Assembly: GCA_010909165.1 (NCBI GenBank)
Contig: VJWM01000025.1
Location: 124,001-188,000, forward strand
Source of the DNA: Anthoceros angustus
Lineage: Eukaryota > Plantae > Anthocerotophyta
Reading direction: 5' to 3'
Length of the DNA: 64,000 nt
The first letter of the stretch is position 1. Every line of letters starts with the position of its first letter. The translations under genes and the position numbers were made by a program. This document shows, piece by piece, positions 13,265-22,789 of the stretch. The notes under the pieces were generated by a model. The model saw only the letters and a list, made by a program, of their open reading frames with translations. It searched no databases and was not told the origin of the DNA.

Positions 13265-13572
13265 AAGTGGGAGTGTCACAAATGAGGGGTTAGTTTAACC
13301 TATCAGTTATTATTTATTTAATTAACTTAGGGTTATTGGTGAACAGACAACACACAAGTACATAAAACAATTTTGTAACTCTTTTTAATTGCATCTTGCT
13401 TGGTTATGCAATTTGCTTAGAGCTTCCGCTAATAAATTTATAAATAACAAGCCGGAATTGAGACCTAGAACTACCTATCTAGGCCCTCGAGCGGCTTCCA
13501 TTTATATCAGGTTTACTGTAATTAACGGAATTAATACAGCCAAAAATAACTCTAGTGGCCAAAACCCTAACA
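13265..13572 (+). mobile_element. Probable polypurine tract and 3' LTR of the copia remnant
   Basis: AAGTGGGAG immediately followed by TGTCACA at 13274. The same PPT precedes the 3' LTR of the intact copia at 44787-44795 (minus strand). The ...CCCTAACA end at 13572 is tentative because no partner LTR is in the window. Confidence 0.45.
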
Positions 13573-14806
13573 TGTCTAGGTGGCTATGTCGACGTGTATT
13601 TCTTACTGCATACTTACCAGAAATTATCAAAAAAAGGGAAGAAATTGGAGCGTATGGAAACATGTCTGGCGTGGTAATAGAGCAAGAACTGTGGTGGGCA
13701 GGGTTGGTATGCTTGTTTATGTCTACTATAACACTAGAGTGTTAAAACAACACAATGCTACTATTGAACGATTGGGAGGATAGGATGGCATACTTAGAAA
13801 GTCTTAAACCTGTACAAGTGGTTGGCATGGTGCCCTTGGTTGCGTTTTCCCCCTTTGTTTTTGTAGTAAATGGGTTTTTCCCAATTCTTTTTTATAATAA
13901 AGTCTTCTTTCCTCTTCTCTACAAGTGGTTGCAGAAAGTGGCATGGAAGATGTTCGCTATGGTGACATGGAGGACAATGAGGAAGGGCAGTTTACATTTC
14001 AGGAGCAGCTCTAGACGAAATTATGAAGAAGGGGAATCTACCTCCATTTTGAGCTTACAAGTTTATTTTGATGCATGTTTACTTGAAATTATAATATTTT
14101 AAATAAAAACTATATGTTACTAATACATGTGTTACAAATTATATGTATACTAATTTTATTTACCTGAAATCTTGGTATTTTAAAATTACTATATATTATT
14201 ATATATTATATAAATTACATATTTATTATAATTAAAATTTTTATATCAATTATATATGCCATATAATTTTACCAAATTTACAGATATAAACTAATAATTT
14301 GGTACGATGTACGTGTAATAAAAAATATATCCTTATGGACCCCTTACTGAGAGGTATCGGTAATTATATCGTAATTTATGGTGATCATATAAGATGTGAA
14401 AAAGGTGAATTGTAATGCCACAAGCGAAAACATGGCAGACAACGTGCCAACGTGCCATAATGGGCATCGGGGAACATAATTGGCCGGTATGACCGTTGAC
14501 GGTTCCCGGCCCAATTCGGACAGGTCTACCACCCCCCTCCCCATTTGCCCGTCCCCACCTCGCTGGCCCGTGAGACTAAACCCTAAACCCCAGACTACCT
14601 CCTGCACCAGCCTGCAACGGTCTGGGGCACCCACAAACACCACCAACTTCGGGACGGCATAATCCGCACTGAGGCCAAGGAAACTCCCATTATATTGCTC
14701 AGGCTCCGGCATTGGAGGCAGCTCGTATGGTGTGGTCACGCACAGTACCTGGGCATCCTGGCCTAGTTTGTTGGCAGACTCATTTTCTGACGGCGGTCCG
14801 AGAACG

Positions 14807-17501
14807 ATGACCACAGTATGGCAACCGGAGCCGTTGTGGACCCAACAAAGGGCATCCGGTGTGTATACCTTCGGGAGGGAACCCCTGGCAAACAAAGCCT
14901 CCAGGTGCAGCAGTGTAAGGAGCCCGGCGTTTCCACTTCCGAGAACGTGTGTGGTCAGGGACGGGTTTTCCAGCGATGCCAGTCGTTGCCAGGAGCAGGA
15001 ACAGGAGCACTTGTGGCAACAACTTTTTCTGGAGCCTACCATGTCGTGGGACAACAGACGAGATACGAAGAGCTCCCGTTCGCCTCACTTCCGGCGAAAG
15101 GGGTCCGGCGAGGTGCTGTGGTTAAACAACATGTGTAAGCCAGCTCGGGTTGATGAGGAGCTCGCTTCCTTGGATGTGCGGATGGGTCACGGTCCCTCTC
15201 CTTCCAAGTCGAGCACTCCAGATAATCCTGAACCTGGGAGGCGTGCAGAATCGGAAATGTGCTTGAAGGGCAGCAGTGTAAGGAGCCCAGCTCTTCCACT
15301 TGCAAGAAAACGTATGGCTGGGGACAGGATTTCCAACGATGGTCGTCGCCAGGAGCAAGAGCACTTGTGGCAACTATTTTTTCTGGACCCTACCATGTGG
15401 TGGGATAACAGACGAGACAAGAAGAGCTCCCGTTCGCCTGACTTCCGGCGGAAGGGGTCGGGCGAGGTGTTGTGCCTAAGCAACATGTTCAAGCCAGCTT
15501 GGGTTGATGAGCAGCTCATTTCCTTGGATATCCAGATGGGCCATGGTGCCTCTCCTTCCGAGTCCAGCTCTCGGGATAAGCCTGAACCTGGGAGGCGTGC
15601 AGGATCGGAAATGGGCGTCGTTTCTGCTGTAACCGTGAGCACGTTGTGCCAGCAGAGGAAGCTTTCAGAGGCCGTTGGAGCCCTAGAATCTCTGGCGCAG
15701 GCAGACTCTGCTATTTCTCTGTCTCTGGTTTGCACTGTGCTGAAGCTGTGTACAGCTAAGAAGAATTTGGTTATGGGGCGACGGGTTCATGATCTCAGTG
15801 TCAAACTTGGGTACGAGTCGAATGCATACTTGGGGAACCATATCTTGCGCATGTATGCATGTGGAGGAAGGCTAGAGGAGGCCATGGATGTGCTCACCAG
15901 AGTGGGGAAACCGGATGCCTATATGTGGTCTTCCATAATCTCCGCATACGCTAAGCATGGGAAACCTAGTGAGGCAGTACAATTGTACCATCAGATGCGT
16001 AGGTCAGGAGTGAAGGCGGATAATCACGTCTTTGTAGCTGCCCTTCAAGCTTGTGCATTTGCTGCCGACTTGGAATCTGGCAGAACTGTGCACCGCGATG
16101 TGTTGCACAGTGGCATTGCTACTGACTTGTTTGTTGACAACTGCCTGGTGGACATGTATGCAAAATGTGGGAACTGAAGATGCACGCCAGGTTTTTGACA
16201 GCATGGCCACAAAGGATGTGGTGACATGGAATGCCCTGATATCTGGGTATGCAAAATGTGGTGAACTGAAGATGCACGCCAGCTTTTTGACAGCATGCAC
16301 AAAGGATGTGGTGACATGGAATGCCCTGATAGCTGGGTATGCAGCAGCAAGGGGGACATGAGGCGCTTGTTCTGTATGGACAAATGGAGCAGGAGGGCCT
16401 CATTTTGGCTAACCATGTTACTTTTGCTTGCCTTCTGAAGGCCTGTGCAAGCACTGGTGCCTTACAGAAGGGCAGGCAGCTGCACTCACAGATTGTCGAA
16501 AGAGGACTGCTGGATGACGTAGTGGTGGGCACCTGCCTGGTGGACATGTATGCAAAATGTGGTGAACTGGAAGATGCACGCCAGGTTTTTGACAGCATGA
16601 ACACAAAGAATGTGGTGACATGGACCCCTGATATCTGGTTATGGTACTTGTGATGAAGGTCACAAGGCACTAGCTTGTTTTGAGGAGATGTTAGTTGCGG
16701 GCATTCAGCCGGATGGTGCTACTTTAACTTGCCTTCTAGTAGCATGCAGTCATGAGGACTGGTCCAGAGGGTCGCAAGCACTTTGATTCCATGGCTGAAC
16801 AGCATGGCATCAAACCTACTATTGAGCATTACACCTGCATGATTGATCTTCTTGGGCGTGCAGGCCATTTAGATGAGGCAGAGAAGATGCTATTATTGAG
16901 GGCCAAAGTGTTGTGGGCTTGATGACTTTGTTGAATGCCTGCAAAAGTCACGGGGATAAGAGAGGGCGATGTGGTGTTTTGAAAGCATTGTTAGGCTGGA
17001 CCCCAGCGCCCGCCTATGTGCTCATGGCCAATGCCTATGCAGATGCAGGTAGGTGGACCGATGTAGACAGGATTGAAACACAGAGAATGGTAGCAGGAGC
17101 TAACAAGAAACCTGCAGTGGCGACCATTGAGGTGAATAAGGAGGTACAGATTTCTGGTGGGAGAAAGGAGAGAGGATATTGCAAAGGTGGAGAGCACGAA
17201 TGCACGTCTGAAGCAGGAAGGAGGCCATGTACCTCACACAAAGTTGGTGTTGAAGCCAGTGTGTGAGAAGGAAAAGGAAGATGTGCTTTGTGGGCATGCT
17301 GAGAAGCTAGCTCTGGCGTTTGGTCTCTGAACACTCCAGTGGGACACCTCTGGTGGTAACGAAGAATCTACGCATGTGCAGTGACTGCCACAGTTCCACG
17401 GAGATCATGTCAAGGCTTGAACAGAGAGACATTGTTGTAAGGGATGGGTACCGTTTGCATCGATTCGCTAATGGTTGTTGCAGTTGTAAGGCCGGCCGTG
17501 A
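14807..17501 (+). CDS. PLS-class PPR-DYW:KP (GRP) protein with two tandem N-terminal PDF motifs (copy 2). 3' half frameshifted as assembled.
   Basis: ORF 14732..16177 contains two PDF units (15011-15175 and 15365-15530) in frame with the first L/S/P repeats. Downstream fragments carry KKPAVATIEV, HAEKLA, KNLRMCSDCH and a GRP end with a 1-bp deletion (TGA 17499-17501). Confidence 0.88.
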
Positions 17502-17711
17502 GAAGAGGCGAGTTTTCAAGTGTGTGCGCCCTGGGCTGGGATCACAGCGCTAGGCTAGCCTTTTCCCTTTGGGTGCGTGAGTGGGGATGGAATGATAAAA
17601 CGGTACATACCACCACCTAAAAGAATCCATGTTCTCAAAAGCCTTTTCATTCCGCCTGGGGTCGCACTGGGCTGCAGTGCGAGATATAGAATCCGGAACC
17701 GGAGTTTGTAG

Positions 17712-19295
17712 ATGCTTCACTCTGGCGTGCCAAAGTGTGCGGCCTGGCGTGCCGCGCAGGATCTAATCGTTGTTAGCCAACGCTTGAAAGCGCGCTTTGT
17801 AGCTGCCCTTCAAGCTTGTGCATTGCTGCCGACTTGGAATCTGGCAGAAAAGTGCACTGTGATGTTGCACAGTGGCATTGCTACTGACTTGTTTGTTGAC
17901 AACTGCCTGGTGGACATGTATGCAAAATGTGGGAAAATGAAAGATGCACGTCGGGCCTTTGACAGCATGGCCACCAAGGATGTGGTGACATGGAATGCCC
18001 TGATATCCGGGTATGCAAAATGTGGTGACCTGAAAGATGCACGCCAGCTTTTTGACAGCATGGACTCAAAGAACGTGGTGACATGGAATGCCCTGATAGC
18101 TGGGTATGAACAGCAAGGGCAGGGACACGAGGCCCTTGTTCTGTATGGACAAATGGAGCATGAAGGTCTCATTTTGGCTAACCATGTTACTTTTGCATCC
18201 CTTCTGAAGGCGTGTGGAAGCAGCGGTGCCTTACAGAAGGGCAGGCAGCTGCACTCACAGATTGTGGAAAGAGGACTGCTGGACGACGTAGTGGTGGGCA
18301 CCTGCCTGGTGGACATGTATGCAAAATGTGGTGAACTGGAAGATGCACGACAGGTTTTTGACAGCATGAGAACAAAGAATGTGGTGACATGGACCACCCT
18401 GATATCTGCGTACGGTACTTGTGATGAAGGTCACAAGGCACTAGCTTGTTTTGAGGAGATGTTAGTTGCGGGCATTCAGCCGGATGGTGCTACTTTAACT
18501 TGCCTTCTAGTAGCATGCAGTCATGAGGGACTAGTCCAGGAGGGTCGCAAGCACTTTGATTCCATGGCTGAAGAGCATGGCATCAAACCTACTATTGAGC
18601 ATTACACCTGCATGATTGATCTTCTTGGGCGTGCAGGCCATTTAGAGGAGGCAGAGAAGCTGCTATTATCATTTGAGGGCGAAAGTCATGTTGTGGGCTT
18701 GATGACTTTGTTGAATGCTTGCAAAAGTCACGGGGATTTAAAGAGGGCGATGTGGTGTTTTGAAAGAATTGTTAGACTGGACCCCCTGGAGACGCCCGCC
18801 TATCTGCTCATGGCCAAGGCGTATGCAGATGCAGGTAGGTGGAGCGATGTAGACAGGATTGAAAGACTGAGAATGGCCGTAGGAGCTAATAAGAAATCTG
18901 CAGTGGCGAGCATCGAGGTGAATAAGGAGGTGCACAGATTTTCGGTTGGAGAAAGGAGAGAGGATATTGCAGTGAAGGTGGAGAGCACGAATGCACGGCT
19001 GAAGCAGGAAGGAGGCCATGTACCTCAAACGAAGTTGGTGTTGAAGCCAGTGTGTGAGAAGGAAAAGGAAGAAGTGCTTTGTGGGCATGCTGAAAAACTG
19101 GCTCTGGCGTTTGGTCTCCTGAACACTCCAAGTGGAACTTGTCTGGTGGTAACGAAGAATCTACGCATGTGCAGTGACTGTCACAGTTCAACGGAGATCA
19201 TGTCAAGGATTGAAAAGAGAGACATTGTTGTACGGGACGGGTACCGTTTGCATCGATTCGCTAATGGTTGTTGCAGTTGTAAGGGCCGGCCGTGA
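17712..19295 (+). CDS. PPR-E1-E2-DYW:GRP protein (copy 3). 5'-truncated tandem duplicate of copy 2, open 527-aa ORF.
   Basis: S-SS-P-L-S-P2-L2-S2-E1-E2, then KKSAVASIEV...HAEKLALAFGLLNTP...KNLRMCSDCH...CCSCKGRP*. The first ~28 aa derive from the 3' flank of copy 2. Confidence 0.9.
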   Translation: MLHSGVPKCAAWRAAQDLIVVSQRLKARFVAALQACALLPTWNLAEKCTVMLHSGIATDLFVDNCLVDMYAKCGKMKDARRAFDSMATKDVVTWNALISGYAKCGDLKDARQLFDSMDSKNVVTWNALIAGYEQQGQGHEALVLYGQMEHEGLILANHVTFASLLKACGSSGALQKGRQLHSQIVERGLLDDVVVGTCLVDMYAKCGELEDARQVFDSMRTKNVVTWTTLISAYGTCDEGHKALACFEEMLVAGIQPDGATLTCLLVACSHEGLVQEGRKHFDSMAEEHGIKPTIEHYTCMIDLLGRAGHLEEAEKLLLSFEGESHVVGLMTLLNACKSHGDLKRAMWCFERIVRLDPLETPAYLLMAKAYADAGRWSDVDRIERLRMAVGANKKSAVASIEVNKEVHRFSVGERREDIAVKVESTNARLKQEGGHVPQTKLVLKPVCEKEKEEVLCGHAEKLALAFGLLNTPSGTCLVVTKNLRMCSDCHSSTEIMSRIEKRDIVVRDGYRLHRFANGCCSCKGRP

Positions 19296-19823
19296 GAAGA
19301 GGCGAGTTTTCAAGTGTGTGCGCCCTGGGCTGGGATCACAGCGCTAGGCTAGCCTTTTCCCTTTGGGTGCGTGAGTGGGGATGGAATGATAAAACGGTAC
19401 ATACCACCACCTAAAAGAATCCATGTTCTCAAAAGCCTTTTCATTCCGCCTGGGGTCGCACTGGGCTGCAGTGCGAGATATAGAATCCGGAACCGGAGTT
19501 TGTAGATGCTTCACTCTGGCGTGCCAAAGTGTGCGGCCTGGCGTGCCGCGCAGGATCTAATCGTTGTTAGCCAACGCTTGAAAGCGCGCTTTGTAGCGAG
19601 GCGCGCTTCCCTGGAAGCAGAATCTTGGCAATGGGAATGGCGACTTGGTCCCTATTATGCTCTTGTCGTGGCGCAGGCAATGGAAGGCCCACCTACAAAT
19701 GCCCCCTAGTTTGTCTAGGTCTTGGTGAATGTTCCAAGTGAAGGACACGAAGGACTTGAGGATTGTAGCAGTAGGCAGAGGCGAAGGCAAGGGCAAAGGC
19801 AATTGCAATCGCAAGCAGCAGCC

Positions 19824-21070
19824 ATGTCGCCTCCTGCTCTCAGCTGGGTAGAGAGTATGGAGTTTCCGACGGAGTCGAGTGCGAGGTGGAGCACGACAGA
19901 GAGGGCGCTGGTGGAGAGGACGCTGGACCTGGAAGGGCTGAATCCGTCCCCAGCCCGGCGCGCCCGGCTGGTGAAGCAGGCGGCCGCGGGAGCGGAGACT
20001 GGCATCTTCTATATCAAGAACTTCGGGGTGGACTTGGGCTTGCTGGACCAGGTCCGGCGAGAGGCGTACGCCTTCTTCGCCCAGCCGGCGGAGGAGAAGG
20101 CCAAGACGGTGGCCTACTTGCCCGTTCCCGACGGCCGCACCTACGGCTACTCCTTGGACGCCGGCGGCGTCTCCACAGCCGCAGCCGCAGCCGCAGCCCC
20201 CCGCCCGGCCCAGGTACAGGGAGGTGTACCGCGCGCGCCTCTTCCCGAATCCACCCGCCTCGAAAAGGCCTGGCCTCCGTCTTCGGCCATGGCCGGCTTC
20301 AGGGACAAAGTGGTGAAGTACGGGGAGCAGATGCGCGAGGCGGCGGAATTCGTGTCGGGCCTGCTCGCGGAGGGTTTGGGCCTGCCGCCCTCCTACTTGG
20401 CCGACACCTACGGGCCCGGACCCGAGGGTCCTCTGCTCATCAACCTCATGCTGGCCAACCTTCTGCCCAAGGGGCAGGCCACCAACCCGGCGGGCATGCA
20501 CACGCACTCCGACGCTAACCTCTTCAACTTGAACGTGTCCGACGGCGTCCGGGGCCTGCAGTTCCATGTGGGTGGGGAGTGGCTCACCACGCCGCCGCTC
20601 CTCGACTGCGCCCTTTTCGATGTCGGCGAGGACCTGGAGGTGTGTGTACCATCATCACTGCAACCTGCAACTGCCTCATCTTCTTCTTCTTCTTCTTCTT
20701 CTTCATATGCCTCCTGCCCGTGCCTGCCCTGCAGACCATCAGCAACGGCAGGTATCACGCGCCGTACCACAGAGTCGTGTCGGGGCCTCGACAGCGGGTG
20801 TCCGTGCTCACCACGTGCGATGTAGGGCGGGACGAGATCATCGGGCCCGCGCCGCACCTCATCGACCCTCATAATCCTGCTCGATATCGCACCAGACGGC
20901 AGGCCGACAGGGCCCACTCACGCATTCACACCTCCCAGAATTCTCTCAAGACGGACCGCACCAAAGCGAAGCTCGTCTTCGATCCCGCCCACCACCTGGA
21001 CCGCACCAACAACCTCTACGAAGGCGACGATGGCTTGCTCTACATCAACGGTGTGGAGGTGGTGTACTAG
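19824..21070 (+). CDS. 2-oxoglutarate/Fe(II)-dependent dioxygenase (DOXC-like), 2 exons (19824-20639, 20735-21070)
   Basis: GIFYIKNFGV...FFAQPAEEK (DIOX_N-like), HSD iron ligands, GLQF, DVGEDLE|TISNGRYHAPYHRVV, RVS 2OG-binding motif. GT..AG intron 20640-20734 contains a (TTC)n tract. Confidence 0.88.
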
Positions 21071-21099
21071 CTGTAGCTTTGTACATAGGGAAGGGAAGG

Positions 21100-21945
21100 G
21101 TAGGGGAAGGGAAGGCGAGAGAAGGGAAAGGGAAGATACCAACACAGCCTTGCCTTTCAATTTCCTTCATGACCTCGCTCGCTGCAGCTTCATGAAGGTA
21201 CCACAACGTACAGTCCAACTCCATTCCAATAGCACCTGCATCTTCCGGGGGGCCTAACCCCACATCTGGGCACCTGTGTAAATGTTTGACAGCGACACAT
21301 GTGCTCTGGCATGTTGCACAGCAGCGTTGGGCAGTAGATGCATAGTCCTTACCGAAGCTAGTGCGTCATCCAGCTGTCCTGCACAACCCAGCAAGGAGGT
21401 CCACCATGCATGTGTATTTCTCCTCCGTGGAAGTGACGCCATAGTGTCTGCTCATACCCTCCAAGCACTCCCATCCCTTGTTCACTCGACAAGCATGACT
21501 CTAGTGCACTAAGGAACGTTATGCGTTACGCTGTCTGGGCTGTATGCCATCCTCTGGACCAAGTTGAAGACCGCTTCACTGTCTCCTTGACGAGTGTAGC
21601 CTGTAATCAGCGCCCTCCAAGCCACGTCTTGTTGGGGCAACGTATCAAACACATGGCGTGCATCAACCGTGCTTCCAGACTTCCCATACACGTTAATCAG
21701 GCTGACGGCTAGAAAGACATCTCACAGCCTGGAGCCCCTCTTCTATTATCTGAGCATGTAGCTGCCTTCCCAGATTCAAAAGCTGCCACATTTGCACATG
21801 TATAAACCCTGAAGGAGGCACACAAATGTCACAGAGTCAGGCACGAGCCATGCCTCCTGCTTGCAAAGCCCTGTAGAGACGAAGGGGGCTTGCTGGCCCA
21901 TGCCCTGCTGGGAATATCCTGCTATCCTGACAGTCCATGGTACCA
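21100..21945 (-). pseudogene. Degenerate PLS-E class PPR pseudogene
   Basis: Minus-strand fragments WTVRIAGYSQQGMGQQA, PDSVTFVCLL, MYGKSGSTVDARHVFDTLPQQDVAWRALITGY, LLGCAGQLDDA and HVSLSNIY, in several frames. Confidence 0.8.
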
Positions 21946-22789
21946 AATTTTCTTTTGGACAAAAAAAAATAAAGTCCGGTGGAGCTGTATACAGCTCCAG
22001 CTCATTAGTTGACATTTTCTTCTTGTTTGTTGCCGCTCACTGAAATTCGTCGGGGGTTTAATGCTTGGTTGCCTTGATATGGTGAGGCCTACCATCTGTC
22101 TCTCTCATCCGTGACTTGCGACCGGGAGCGCGAGCCGGGAGCCGAGTGAGTGCACCATACACATGGAAACATACGTGACCGTTGCGAACACATGGGCACA
22201 TACATGAGAACAGGGACGCATCCCGTGTGAGTGGCGAAGAACCCAAAGATGTAGAGCACGCGGGAGTGAGGCCTGGTATATGAGATGCACGTTATCGTAC
22301 ATATCTTTTGCTGGACATAACCGATTTTTGGTACAGGGTAATCAAATTGAAGCTTGTCAGAAGGGCGACAGGATGAGCTATTGCTCAAAGCCAAAAACAT
22401 AGAGCATTCGAGGTTGAGGCCTGGTAACAGAGATGCTCATTTTTGCTCACAACTTATGCTAAACACAACTAAAATGTAATACAGGGAAATCAAATTGAAG
22501 CTTGTTCAGAGGGCTACAGAATGAGCTATAGCTCATTCCGTGTAAACGTATGTGGAACACGTACTGAGAGTTTGAAATTCAGAGAGCACAAATTGTTCAG
22601 CGGGCAATTCTGGCGAACACCAATATCCAAGTTCGCATACAGATAGCTGAACATGATGAGTTTGAAACTGGCTTTCCGATGACCTATCTTACGAAATTTA
22701 TAGCCAAGTAAGGCATGAACTAGCCACAAATCTCATCCTTCCCTCTCTTCAAGATAACTACTTTTAGCACCTTGGTGCAACACCTCTAG

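Noticed and set aside
14100-14330. Extremely AT-rich stretch as a MITE or origin
   Set aside because: No terminal inverted repeats or TSD could be identified.
19722-20825. Single-exon 367-aa ORF for the dioxygenase
   Set aside because: It reads through a GT-AG intron (poly-Ser from the TTC repeat); splicing restores the conserved TISNGRY...HRV.
19295-21070. Functional operon-like link between the 2OG dioxygenase and U-to-C editing (e.g. cofactor supply)
   Set aside because: Only adjacency supports it; plant nuclear neighbours are usually unrelated, and 2OGDs are not amino donors.
21980-22010. Helitron 3' end
   Set aside because: A hairpin is present but there is no properly placed CTRR terminus on either strand.
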